From positions 9,903-73,902 of the forward strand of contig CAYWYG010000001.1 of the NCBI GenBank assembly GCA_964462335.1: a stretch of 64,000 nucleotides of DNA, given 5' to 3'. Source of the stretch: an uncultured Candidatus Saccharibacteria bacterium (GTDB lineage Bacteria; Patescibacteriota; Saccharimonadia; Saccharimonadales; Saccharimonadaceae). Numbering within the stretch: the stretch's first letter is position 1; each line of letters begins with the position of its first letter. The translations under genes were made by a program, and so were the position numbers. Of the stretch, positions 1 through 9,212 are shown in pieces. A model generated the notes under the pieces. That model made no database searches and was not told the DNA's origin. It saw only the letters and a program-made list of their open reading frames with translations.

Positions 1-390
1 CCGTCGAAACCGTGTAATTTGATCGCTCGATTTTATACCGAAGCTATTGGTATCAAGACCTTTTATCCCAAAATAGCTTGTGACAACACCAAATGCGATT
101 ACGACGCGATCATATGAATAGGTGTGACGAGCGCCACGTAACAACCGCCGTTCCGGGTCGTAGCCCACAATTGTGTCTTTTACGACATGGACGCGACGAT
201 GAGCAAAGATCGCGTCAAGCGGGATAAATGATTGACGCTGTGCGCCACCGGTTGCGACCGCATAGAGTGCTGGATAATATACGAAATGATCGCGATCAGA
301 GATGAGTGTCACATGCAGCCCAGGCTCAGTCGCGAGCCGAAGTGCCAGTTTTACGCCAGCAAATCCACCACCGGCAATCACTATTTTCAT
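1..390 (-). CDS. ndh: type II NADH dehydrogenase (NDH-2), N-terminal 130 codons; rest of gene lies outside the window
   Basis: Reverse translation from ATG 390-388 reads MKIVIAGGGFAGVKLALRLATEPGLHVTLISDRDHFVYYPALY..., a GxGxxG dinucleotide fold as in NDH-2. It stays open to base 1 and is absent from the ORF track because it is truncated. Confidence 0.75.
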   Translation of the reverse strand, partial: MKIVIAGGGFAGVKLALRLATEPGLHVTLISDRDHFVYYPALYAVATGGAQRQSFIPLDAIFAHRRVHVVKDTIVGYDPERRLLRGARHTYSYDRVVIAFGVVTSYFGIKGLDTNSFGIKSSDQITRFRR

Positions 391-447
391 TGATCTGTAC
401 TACCTAAACTAAGCATTACTTTCATGCTAGCAGATAACGATAACGTA

Positions 448-456
448 TGCTACAGT
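448..456 (+). promoter_or_regulatory. extended -10 element TGCTACAGT, 7 nt upstream of the cyoA ATG
   Basis: Matches TGnTAnAnT. The same element and spacing recur before several first-in-operon genes. No Shine-Dalgarno sequence lies between it and the ATG. Confidence 0.4.
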
Positions 457-463
457 CATACAC

Positions 464-1366
464 ATGAAGGGGAAACGCTGGGCAGTTACGCTGATCATTT
501 TTCTCGTTATGGCTGCGCTTATTGGTGCGCTGATCGTCTTCGTCCATGATCCCGTACTTATTCGTCCAAGTGGGCTCATCGCAGCACAACAGCGAGACCT
601 GTTGTATTTTGCGACAGGGGTAATGTTGGCTGTTGCACTACCGGTTTTTGTATTGACGGCGTATATCGCTCGAAAATACCGAGCTACCAATCGTCGTGCA
701 CGATATACACCCAACGAAGACGGTAATCGCTCCCTTGAACTCGTTTGGTGGGGCATTCCCATCGCGATCGTCGGACTGTTGTCGGTCGTTGCGTGGCGTA
801 CATCCCATAGCCTTGATCCATTTCGCCCGCTTGATGACACTGCGCCGTATCGTGTGCAGGTCATTGCGCTCGAATGGAAATGGTTATTTATCTACCCAGA
901 CTATAAAACAGCATCGGTCAATGAGTTGGCGATCCCAGTGGGACAACCTGTCGAATTCTCGATCGCATCAGATGCACCGATGAATTCATTTTGGATACCA
1001 GAACTTGGCGGACAAATCTATGCGATGAGTGGCATGAGCACTCAGCTTCACCTGCAAGCAAATAAGCCAGGCGTATTTCGTGGTGTATCATCAAACCTAA
1101 GTGGCGACGGGTTTTCTGACATGAAGTTTGATGTCAGAGCTATGCCTACGAGCGATCTTGCACAGTGGCAGTACGACGCTACCACCTCGCCGCTTCGCCT
1201 TGCGATTGATAATTATCCTGTTCTTGCCATGCCAGCAACTGTCTCATCACCTCTACGATATCGTCTTGATACGCCCGATCTCTATCAGATGGTTATCGAT
1301 AAATATTCACTCGACCATAGCCGCGTTGAGGATAATGTGCACATGAAGCACGAGGGGGCAATCTAA
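464..1366 (+). CDS. cyoA: cytochrome o (bo3) ubiquinol oxidase subunit II
   Basis: 300 aa with N-terminal TM helices and a cupredoxin-like domain. [29 protein letters not shown] matches the CyoA pattern. First gene of a cyoABCDE order. Confidence 0.9.
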   Translation: MKGKRWAVTLIIFLVMAALIGALIVFVHDPVLIRPSGLIAAQQRDLLYFATGVMLAVALPVFVLTAYIARKYRATNRRARYTPNEDGNRSLELVWWGIPIAIVGLLSVVAWRTSHSLDPFRPLDDTAPYRVQVIALEWKWLFIYPDYKTASVNELAIPVGQPVEFSIASDAPMNSFWIPELGGQIYAMSGMSTQLHLQANKPGVFRGVSSNLSGDGFSDMKFDVRAMPTSDLAQWQYDATTSPLRLAIDNYPVLAMPATVSSPLRYRLDTPDLYQMVIDKYSLDHSRVEDNVHMKHEGAI

Positions 1367-1368
1367 CG

Positions 1369-3312
1369 ATGTTTGGACGTATGACGCTTGACGCATTCCC
1401 GCACAATCCGATCATGATCGGAGGAGCGCTTGGCATTATCGGCGGTGCGGTAGCAGTAGTCGCGATCATCACATATCTAAAACGTTGGCGATGGTTGTGG
1501 CGCACCTATCTCACAAGCCTTGATGCGAAAAAGATCGGGATCATGTATATCGTCGTTGCGGTTGTCATGTTGCTACGTGGTGCAGGTGATGCATTGATGC
1601 TGCGCGGGCAACAGGCTATGGCGGCAGGCGATAGCGGCTTCCTTGATCCGAACCATTTTCAGCAGATATTTACCGCGCATGGCACGATTATGATATTTTT
1701 TGTGGCAATGGGGTTGATGTTTGGTCTCATCAACCTCGTCCTACCGCTCATGTTGGGGGCGCGTGATGTGGCGTTTCCGTTTCTCAACTCTGTCAGTTTT
1801 TGGCTATTTTTTGCCGGTATGGCGCTCATGAATGTATCACTCGTCTACGGTGAGTTTGCCGCTACTGGGTGGCTATCGTATCCGCCTCTGTCGGAGCTAC
1901 AATATAGTCCAGGTGTCGGAGTCGATTACTGGCTATGGGCGATCCAGATCGCAGGTGTAGGATCGACCCTGTCAGCCGTCAATTTCATCACAACAATTTT
2001 GCGCAAACGCGCACCAGGCATGGATTTGATGAAGATGCCGATGTTTGCGTGGAGTGTCCTCGGCAGTATGATCCTTGTCATGTTCGCATTTCCGATTCTG
2101 ACAGCGACCCTCGGGATGCTAGGACTCGATCGTCTCATGGGTATGCATTTTTTCACCAGTGACCTTGGTGGCAATCCGATGATGTATATCAATTTGATAT
2201 GGGCATGGGGACATCCGGAAGTCTATATCGTCATCTTGCCAGCATTTGGGATGTTTTCTGAGATCGTCGCGACATTTGCTCGCAAGCGACTCTTTGGCTA
2301 CACCAGTATGGTCGTTGCACTTATGGCGATCTCGTTTTTCAGCTATATCGTCTGGGCGCATCACTTTTTCACGATGGGTGCGGGCGGCGATGTCAACGCG
2401 TTTTTCGGTATCGCGACCATGGTGATTGCAATTCCAACCGGCGTGAAGCTATTTAATTGGCTCTTTACAATGTATCGCGGACGTATTCATTTCACGAGTC
2501 CGATGTGGTGGTTTATGGGGTTTGTCGTGACTTTTACGATTGGCGGCATGACGGGGGTATTGCACGCGATACCAGCGATCGATTTCCAGCTTCACAACAG
2601 TTTGTTTCTCGTCGCGCACTTTCATAATATGCTGATAGGTGGCGTTGTATTTGGCTACTTTGCAGGTCTTACCTACTGGTTCCCGAAAATATTTGGCTTT
2701 CGACTGCACGAGGGTCTCGGCAAGGCTGCTGCGCTTGCGTGGATACTGGGTTTCGTCGTTGCGTTCACCCCACTTTATGCGCTAGGGCTGATGGGTGTCA
2801 CGCGACGGCTTGATCATTACGACCCGAATCCTGGTTGGCAAGCGCTATTCATCGTAGCGGCAATTGGTCTCGGCATTATTTTGATAGGCGTCGTCTTGCA
2901 GCTTGCACAGCTGGCATATAGCATATGGAAACGGAAAGAACTGCGTGCCGTGAGTGACCCATGGGAAGGTCGTACGCTAGAGTGGTCAGTGCCGTCGCCT
3001 GCGCCGTCATATAATTTCACGGTTATACCACACGTGACGATGCGAGACGAATGGTGGGAGCGCAAGGCGGCAAAATATCATGCCCCTCAAACCTATGAGG
3101 ATTTTTACGAACCGAAAAACACAGCAGCCGGTATAGGTATTGCTGCCAGTGGCTTTGTGATCTGTTTTGGGCTGATCTGGCATGTCTGGTGGCTTGCGTC
3201 TGTCATGGCGGCTATCTTGGTGGCGATGATTATCAGGCGAACTACCACTATCGATACTGAGCGGTTAGTGCATGGCCGCTCACTGCATCGCGAAAAAGGA
3301 GGTGCAGCATAA
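1369..3312 (+). CDS. cyoB: cytochrome o ubiquinol oxidase subunit I (heme-copper oxidase)
   Basis: 647 aa. Carries [24 protein letters not shown] and [11 protein letters not shown] heme/CuB ligand motifs. Confidence 0.95.
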   Translation: MFGRMTLDAFPHNPIMIGGALGIIGGAVAVVAIITYLKRWRWLWRTYLTSLDAKKIGIMYIVVAVVMLLRGAGDALMLRGQQAMAAGDSGFLDPNHFQQIFTAHGTIMIFFVAMGLMFGLINLVLPLMLGARDVAFPFLNSVSFWLFFAGMALMNVSLVYGEFAATGWLSYPPLSELQYSPGVGVDYWLWAIQIAGVGSTLSAVNFITTILRKRAPGMDLMKMPMFAWSVLGSMILVMFAFPILTATLGMLGLDRLMGMHFFTSDLGGNPMMYINLIWAWGHPEVYIVILPAFGMFSEIVATFARKRLFGYTSMVVALMAISFFSYIVWAHHFFTMGAGGDVNAFFGIATMVIAIPTGVKLFNWLFTMYRGRIHFTSPMWWFMGFVVTFTIGGMTGVLHAIPAIDFQLHNSLFLVAHFHNMLIGGVVFGYFAGLTYWFPKIFGFRLHEGLGKAAALAWILGFVVAFTPLYALGLMGVTRRLDHYDPNPGWQALFIVAAIGLGIILIGVVLQLAQLAYSIWKRKELRAVSDPWEGRTLEWSVPSPAPSYNFTVIPHVTMRDEWWERKAAKYHAPQTYEDFYEPKNTAAGIGIAASGFVICFGLIWHVWWLASVMAAILVAMIIRRTTTIDTERLVHGRSLHREKGGAA

Positions 3313-3902
3313 TGTCACTGACCGCACCAGCACACGAAAATCAGCACACCACAACACTTGGATTTTGGATCTATCTCATGACAGATTGTCTCCTATTTGC
3401 TGCATTATTTGCGACCTATGCAGTCCTACACCATCGCACAGCAGGCGGGCCGACAAGTCATGATATCATCGAGTTGCCTTACGCACTGACAAGTACGATA
3501 CTACTGCTGACGAGTAGCCTCACGAGCGGTTTTGCCTTGCTTGCAGTACGCGGTGAGCATCATCGTCGCGCGATACAATGGCTCACGCTGACACTACTAC
3601 TGGGCGTAGGCTTCATGTGTTTTGAATTGGTTGAGTTTGGCACACTTATTAACGATGGGTACAGCTGGACGGTAAGTGCGTTTTTGTCAGCGTTTTTTAC
3701 GCTTGTCGGAACGCACGGCCTCCATATCACTATCGGACTTATATGGGGTAGTGTGATGCTGTGGCTCGTAACGAAGCGGTTTTATACGACACCGCATCTT
3801 ATCAAAAAAATGACATTGTTTACGTTGTTTTGGCACTTTCTTGATATCATCTGGATATTTATATTTACCTTTGTATATCTGACAGGGAGTATCTATTCAT
3901 GA
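3312..3902 (+). CDS. cyoC: cytochrome o ubiquinol oxidase subunit III
   Basis: 196 aa polytopic protein ending in FWHFLDIIWIFIFTFVYL. Its start overlaps the cyoB stop. Confidence 0.9.
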   Translation: MSLTAPAHENQHTTTLGFWIYLMTDCLLFAALFATYAVLHHRTAGGPTSHDIIELPYALTSTILLLTSSLTSGFALLAVRGEHHRRAIQWLTLTLLLGVGFMCFELVEFGTLINDGYSWTVSAFLSAFFTLVGTHGLHITIGLIWGSVMLWLVTKRFYTTPHLIKKMTLFTLFWHFLDIIWIFIFTFVYLTGSIYS

Positions 3903-4258
3903 GAGCAGTCAAACTAAAACCACACTACTCGTACGTTATAGGTTACGTGTTATCGCTTATTTTGACACTCAATGCCTACGTGGCGGCTACGCTCAATGTC
4001 GGTGCATTGACACCGGGACTTGTGACGATGTTGGCGCTGCTTGCAAGCGCACAGTTGATCGTCCACGTTATATATTTTCTGCATCTTGGGTACGAAAGTC
4101 GGCCCAAGTGGAACTCCGTTGCATTTATTGTCACGGTCATGGTGTTGCTTTTTATCGTGGTTGGTTCTATCTGGGTGATGAACAATCTTGACTACAATAT
4201 GATGTCCCCCAATGCTCAGCATCGTATGATCGACGATGAGGGCCTTTACCTTCAGTGA
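3899..4258 (+). CDS. cyoD: cytochrome o ubiquinol oxidase subunit IV
   Basis: 119 aa with 3 TM helices. Has 4-nt overlaps with cyoC and cyoE, in the canonical position. Confidence 0.75.
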   Translation: MRAVKLKPHYSYVIGYVLSLILTLNAYVAATLNVGALTPGLVTMLALLASAQLIVHVIYFLHLGYESRPKWNSVAFIVTVMVLLFIVVGSIWVMNNLDYNMMSPNAQHRMIDDEGLYLQ

Positions 4259-5115
4259 ACAGCGTGTTGTTTCGCCGGTATTATGAACTGACAAAGCCAG
4301 GCATGGTCTATGGCAATGTGCTGCCAGCGCTCACAGGATATTTCCTAGGGTACGCGCAATCGTTCTCAATAGCGCGCTTGGTCGGGTTTGTTATCGGGTT
4401 GAGCTGTGTCATGGGGTCAAGCTGCGTGGTGAACAATATTGTCGATCGAGAGCGAGATATGATCATGAAGCGAACGGCACGACGTGTCTTGCCTCGTCAC
4501 GCTATCCGTGTCGATCACGCAAGGGTATTCGCTGGGCTTCTCGCGAGCATAGGATTTATCATCCTGGGCGCAACTGCAGGTTGGCAAGCGACGTTTGTCG
4601 CGGGCACTGCCTGGCTACTCTATGCAGGGGTGTACACCTGGCTAAAGCCTAAGACGCCATACGCGACATTGGTCGGAGCCGTATCAGGCGCACTACCACC
4701 AGTCATCGGCTGGCTTGCAGCAGGAAATCACCTAGGCATCATCGCGCTGATGCTATTTTTCATCCTCTTTTTCTGGCAAATGATACATTTCTATGCGATT
4801 GCGCTGCGCTGCATCAATGATTATCGTCGAGCAGCCACACCTGTATATCCGATAGTATTTGGTGCGTCACGTACGATCTGGGCGATGCGAGCGTACGGGT
4901 GCATCTACACTTTGTTGGTATTCCTACTCACGGTGTGGCTCTGGGGAAATTCTTGGCCTACGTGGGTAATCGTGACCACGCACGTAGTGACACTTTGGTA
5001 TCTCTTGCAGCCCGCAACACACATCGCATCATGGGCACGTCGCGCATTCTTCAGCTCGCTGTTGGCGCTCTGTGCGTGGTCGATTACTACATCAGTCTTT
5101 GTGGTACTTGTATAG
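4255..5115 (+). CDS. cyoE: protoheme IX farnesyltransferase (heme O synthase)
   Basis: 286 aa. UbiA-type motif NNIVDRERDMIMKRTARR. GTG start overlaps the cyoD stop (GTGA). Confidence 0.9.
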   Translation: MNSVLFRRYYELTKPGMVYGNVLPALTGYFLGYAQSFSIARLVGFVIGLSCVMGSSCVVNNIVDRERDMIMKRTARRVLPRHAIRVDHARVFAGLLASIGFIILGATAGWQATFVAGTAWLLYAGVYTWLKPKTPYATLVGAVSGALPPVIGWLAAGNHLGIIALMLFFILFFWQMIHFYAIALRCINDYRRAATPVYPIVFGASRTIWAMRAYGCIYTLLVFLLTVWLWGNSWPTWVIVTTHVVTLWYLLQPATHIASWARRAFFSSLLALCAWSITTSVFVVLV

Positions 5116-5764
5116 CACGATAGTGGTGATGCGAATTGCTATCATGGCCAAGCTCTCTGAGTGTATCGACTAACTGATCATGCGTCAGGTGGTCACATGC
5201 GATGCCATTGTGGCGCGCGATAACATATCCCTGGATCATGTGTTTCAGGTGCTGCGCATCTTGCCGTGAAAAGTTTCGGATAGTGAAATGATCATCAGAG
5301 CTCAGGACGCGAGTCGCGATAGTTACCGACCCAAAGAATGGGCCTACGCTCGCAGACACATTGAGAATGTCCTCGATCCTAATACTCATGACGTCTTCGG
5401 CGAAGAAAAATTGGCGCCGTATGATAGTCAGCTTGGTGCGATCTAAGATGATTGTATCGGGGAATATCGTAAGCGGAAATACTGTAGTTGCTCGCGCCAA
5501 AACCTCATTTGACTGTTCGATGACGCGCGCTAGTTCGTGCGCTGCATTCTGACCACCTGCTTTGACAAGTGTACTAAGGTGTTGGACAAGCGGGGACGTT
5601 TGATTTGCGAAGTGCACCTCTTTTTTCAGTATGCCGACCGCAAGTAGCTGAGCCTGTGTTGCAGAATGACCTACGTCATGGCAAAATCGCCGTATAAACT
5701 GAAGACGCCGTAGACGTGATGCAATGTCTCCAGAACCGTTACTGTTGATAGGCTCTTCATTCAT
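5087..5764 (-). CDS. hypothetical protein
   Basis: The track ORF 5087..5905 was shortened to Met48 (MNEEPINS...), which is preceded by GGAGGTG 5 nt upstream. Its 3' end overlaps the cyoE 3' end by 29 nt, convergently. Confidence 0.6.
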   Translation of the reverse strand: MNEEPINSNGSGDIASRLRRLQFIRRFCHDVGHSATQAQLLAVGILKKEVHFANQTSPLVQHLSTLVKAGGQNAAHELARVIEQSNEVLARATTVFPLTIFPDTIILDRTKLTIIRRQFFFAEDVMSIRIEDILNVSASVGPFFGSVTIATRVLSSDDHFTIRNFSRQDAQHLKHMIQGYVIARHNGIACDHLTHDQLVDTLRELGHDSNSHHHYRAIQVPQRLM

Positions 5765-5999
5765 TGCACACCTCCTTCGGCTTGCATCTCTATTGTAGCG
5801 CATAATGCAACATAAATGTGAAAGAATGTGTAGTAATAAAATCAACGTACGAACAGAGGTAATATCGTGAAATATTACAAATTTTATACATTTCACGGTT
5901 GACACTCAATTTATCATCTGTTATTAGGCATTTGCCCCTTATATGGTGATAGTGGGCAAGTCTTGCTATACTATCTCAGTGCTATGGCACGCACGCGAT

Positions 6000-6075
6000 A
6001 GGGGAGTAGCTCAGCTGGTAGAGCAACGGTCTCCAAAACCGTAGGCCGCAGGTTCGAATCCTGTCTCCCCTGCCA
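6000..6075 (+). tRNA. trnW: tRNA-Trp (anticodon CCA), CCA end encoded
   Basis: Cloverleaf read by eye: acceptor AGGGGAG/CTCCCCT, D stem GCTC/GAGC, anticodon stem ACGGT/ACCGT with loop CTCCAAA, T arm GCAGG-TTCGAAT-CCTGT. TGCTATACT at 5964-5972 is a likely promoter. Confidence 0.95.
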
Positions 6076-6175
6076 AACAGTAGATCGTCGATATTATCCC
6101 GTATTCAGACTTTGCTTCTATATCGAGGGCTGGGCTGCTACTTGTCCTGTAAAATTTGCCCGCAAATTAAAATGT

Positions 6176-6218
6176 GCGCGTGACTGTCGAGAGCCAAGTG
6201 CTCTCGACAGTCACGCGC
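6176..6218. terminator. perfect 19-bp hairpin between the tRNA-Trp and a convergent small ORF
   Basis: GCGCGTGACTGTCGAGAGC - CAAGT - GCTCTCGACAGTCACGCGC. There is no clear U-tract on either strand. Confidence 0.5.
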
Positions 6219-6228
6219 GAATCCTCTC

Positions 6229-6312
6229 TCATCGCCGCAGTTTCATGCTAATCATCACTCCTAGCGCAATGCCGACGGCGATCATCGCGATGTATGCCAG
6301 CGCGTAGCTCAT
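6229..6312 (-). CDS. possible 27-aa hydrophobic peptide
   Basis: MSYALAYIAMIAVGIALGVMISMKLRR, preceded by AGGAAGG. Taken from track ORF 6229..6453 and shortened to Met48. Confidence 0.25.
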   Translation of the reverse strand: MSYALAYIAMIAVGIALGVMISMKLRR

Positions 6313-6563
6313 CGTAGCCTTCCTTCTTAATGCGTTGTTGAGAGGAGTACAATTTAAATATATTATCATACTTTTATACGGAACGCAATACCCATATCCC
6401 AAAAGCTTCACCCACGCATTTGCAGATATCACATATATCACATACTGCAACACTCTCTGCTATACAGAGTTTTGTAACAACCGTATAAATAATGTGCACT
6501 TGGAAATTGAGAGGTTGAGAAACTAAGCATTATAGAGCAATTGCTAGGTGATATAATATGCCT

Positions 6564-7880
6564 ATGACACAGACTCGCCTATCACTTCGCCACACTATCA
6601 AAAAAGCATTGCCAAAGTCAGTCTTCAAACGCATCGAGCGACAAGGACACTTGGCAGAGAGCGTTGTCTATTCAGCAAAATACAAGTTTCCTGGTCGCGG
6701 CATGCGATTTATCGGTGTCACCGGCACCAATGGCAAGACGACCACGACAAACCTGATATTTACCATACTGCGCGCTGCCGGCTACAAGGTCGCGTTGTTT
6801 AGCTCGACGTCATACGGCTACATGGACGATATCCGCGAAGAAGCAACTCATATGACGACCGTACCGTCGCCTATTCTCCAGCAGCGACTTCGTGAATTTG
6901 CTGATCGCGGCGCTGAGTGGGTCGTCATCGAGATGTCGAGCCATGCGCTCGCACAAGCGCGCGGCTGGGGATTGCCCTTTGAAATCGGTGTCATGACCAA
7001 TGTCACACATGAGCACCTTGATTACCACGGAAGTATGGAAAAGTACCGCGAAGACAAGCGCAAACTTTTCAAATTGGTCGCGAAAAACCCGCACGGTTTC
7101 GGCGTCGTCTACGCCGAAGATCCATCGGCTGAATTATTTCTGAGGACCGTGCCCTCAGGTGTCAGTTACGGCGTGGCCGTGGGTGATATGCGCGCACACG
7201 ACATACAACTTGGTCGCGATGACGTACGTTGCACGGCGACCATAAGCAATGACACGTATCATTTGCGCGTGAATATGCCTGGTGAATTCAATGTACAAAA
7301 CGCCATGGCTGCGACGCTCGTCGCACGTCATCTTGGTATTGATGCGAAGACGATTGAAACAGCGATCTCATCACTCGAAGGCGTCTATTGCCGCATGATG
7401 CCGATACGTGAAGGTCAGCCGTGGCGGGCGCTTGTCGACTATGGTGGCACGCCTGATGCGTTTGAGAAACTCTTCGCCGCGTTGCGCCCGACGACACCAG
7501 GAAAGTTGGTGGTTGTGTTTGGTAGTCCGGCGGAACGCGACAGATTGAAACGACCCATCCAAGGCGAAATCGCCGCTCGTTGGTGCGACGAAGTGATTAT
7601 CACAGAGGAAGAAAACCGCCATGAAGACGGCAATCAAATCATGGAAGAAATTGCCGTTGGTGCCGAAAAAGCCGGCAAGGTTCGCGACAAAGACTTATTT
7701 TTGATCGCTAAGCGCGACGATGCCATCGACTTTGCGATGACACGCGTCAGCGGCTCTGACGACACCGTCGTCGCAACAGGCAAGGGCAATGAGAAGACAA
7801 TCGAACGTGGCGACGACAAGCTACCATGGAATGAACCTGAGGTCGTCCGCGCCGCCATCCGCAAGGTCTGGAAACGCTAG
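6564..7880 (+). CDS. Mur ligase family protein, MurE-like with a short N-terminus
   Basis: P-loop GVTGTNGKTTTT at about aa 53, DYGGTPDAFEKL and GSPAERDRLKRP as in MurE. EENR replaces the DNPR motif. The start is placed at the second ATG because TGATATAAT (6549-6557) abuts the first. Confidence 0.8.
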   Translation: MTQTRLSLRHTIKKALPKSVFKRIERQGHLAESVVYSAKYKFPGRGMRFIGVTGTNGKTTTTNLIFTILRAAGYKVALFSSTSYGYMDDIREEATHMTTVPSPILQQRLREFADRGAEWVVIEMSSHALAQARGWGLPFEIGVMTNVTHEHLDYHGSMEKYREDKRKLFKLVAKNPHGFGVVYAEDPSAELFLRTVPSGVSYGVAVGDMRAHDIQLGRDDVRCTATISNDTYHLRVNMPGEFNVQNAMAATLVARHLGIDAKTIETAISSLEGVYCRMMPIREGQPWRALVDYGGTPDAFEKLFAALRPTTPGKLVVVFGSPAERDRLKRPIQGEIAARWCDEVIITEEENRHEDGNQIMEEIAVGAEKAGKVRDKDLFLIAKRDDAIDFAMTRVSGSDDTVVATGKGNEKTIERGDDKLPWNEPEVVRAAIRKVWKR

Positions 7881-7892
7881 GTAACGACCCCC

Positions 7893-9158
7893 CTAGACTA
7901 TCTTTGCAGCTTCTTCGACGGCATGTGCGGCGATATCGAGACCTTGGCGGAGGGTGTCGTCATCAATCGTAAGCGCCGGCATAAATTTGACGACTTCGTC
8001 GTCGCGACCAGCACGCTCGATGATAAGACCGTCGGCAAAACACCGTTTGCCCACTGATGCCGCGAGTTCGGCATCTTCAAAGACAAGCCCTTGCAAGAAC
8101 CCACGACCACGTACAGACATATGTAAATCTGGATGGCGCTCTACAATACTCTCAAGCGAGGTGCGCAACATAGCCGCTTTGTGCGCAAGATCACGCTGCA
8201 GCGTATCATCGGCCCAGTATGTCTCTATAGCCGCGCGCGCCGTGACAAACGCGTGGTTGTTACCACGGAATGTGCCATTGTGCTGAGCTGGTTTCCAGAC
8301 ATCGAATGCATCGTGCAGAAGCACGAGCGACATTGGCGATCCATAGCCAGAGATGGACTTGGAAAGCGTCACAACATCTGGCCTAATGCCGCTTGGCTCA
8401 AAGCTGAAAAATGTCCCACTCCGTCCACAGCCAGCTTGGATATCGTCGAGGATCAGCAGCGATTCATGCTCCTTGGTGAGCGCGCGTAGCGCTTGTAGCC
8501 ACTCAGGACGAGCCTCATTGACACCACCTTCACCCTGGATACACTCGGCTATCGCACCGGCTGGCGCACCATGTTCGCTCACAAGCGATGCAAACTCGCT
8601 CTTAAGGCGCTTGACCGATTCTTCAACCGTCACTGACAGATCATCATACGTCAGGAAATGAACATGCTCTAGCTCAACGCCGGCAACATCTCGAAAATAC
8701 GGATTGCTTGTCGTAGCCAGCGCGCCGAGGCTGACACCGTGAAAGCCATTGTGAAATGAGACGATATCACTCCGACCGGTCGCCAGACGAGCCAGTTTGA
8801 GCGCAGCCTCGACGGCATTTGTCCCAGTCGGGCCGGTAAACTGCAGCTTGTACTCACTCATACCGCGCGGCTGGAGAATGCGCGCAACGAACGAATCGAT
8901 AAATGACTGCTTTGCGACAGTCGCCATGTCCAAACTATTGTTGATGCCGTCACGTTCGATATATGCAAGCAGCTCTGACTTGAGAGCCTGAGGATTGTGG
9001 CCATAATTATTGGCACCGGCACCACTAAAAAAGTCGATGTACTTACGGCCTTCAGTGTCAGTAATATGCGAGCCTTTGGCAGTATCGATGACAAATGGAA
9101 ATGATTTGTTATACGATGCGACGTTGGATTCGTCTTTGTGTATAGAGTGTTGTGTCAT
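7893..9158 (-). CDS. diaminobutyrate--2-oxoglutarate transaminase (EctB/Dat type, class III aminotransferase)
   Basis: 421 aa, colinear by memory with EctB: YIDFFSGAGANNYGHN, GPTGTNAVEAALKLAR, DDIQAGCGRSGTFFSFE, WKPAQHNGTFRG. Confidence 0.85.
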   Translation of the reverse strand: MTQHSIHKDESNVASYNKSFPFVIDTAKGSHITDTEGRKYIDFFSGAGANNYGHNPQALKSELLAYIERDGINNSLDMATVAKQSFIDSFVARILQPRGMSEYKLQFTGPTGTNAVEAALKLARLATGRSDIVSFHNGFHGVSLGALATTSNPYFRDVAGVELEHVHFLTYDDLSVTVEESVKRLKSEFASLVSEHGAPAGAIAECIQGEGGVNEARPEWLQALRALTKEHESLLILDDIQAGCGRSGTFFSFEPSGIRPDVVTLSKSISGYGSPMSLVLLHDAFDVWKPAQHNGTFRGNNHAFVTARAAIETYWADDTLQRDLAHKAAMLRTSLESIVERHPDLHMSVRGRGFLQGLVFEDAELAASVGKRCFADGLIIERAGRDDEVVKFMPALTIDDDTLRQGLDIAAHAVEEAAKIV

Positions 9159-9212
9159 GAGCTATAGTATACCATTCATCACTCGTCAGGCTTTAGTTTA
9201 TAATAGTGGGGT

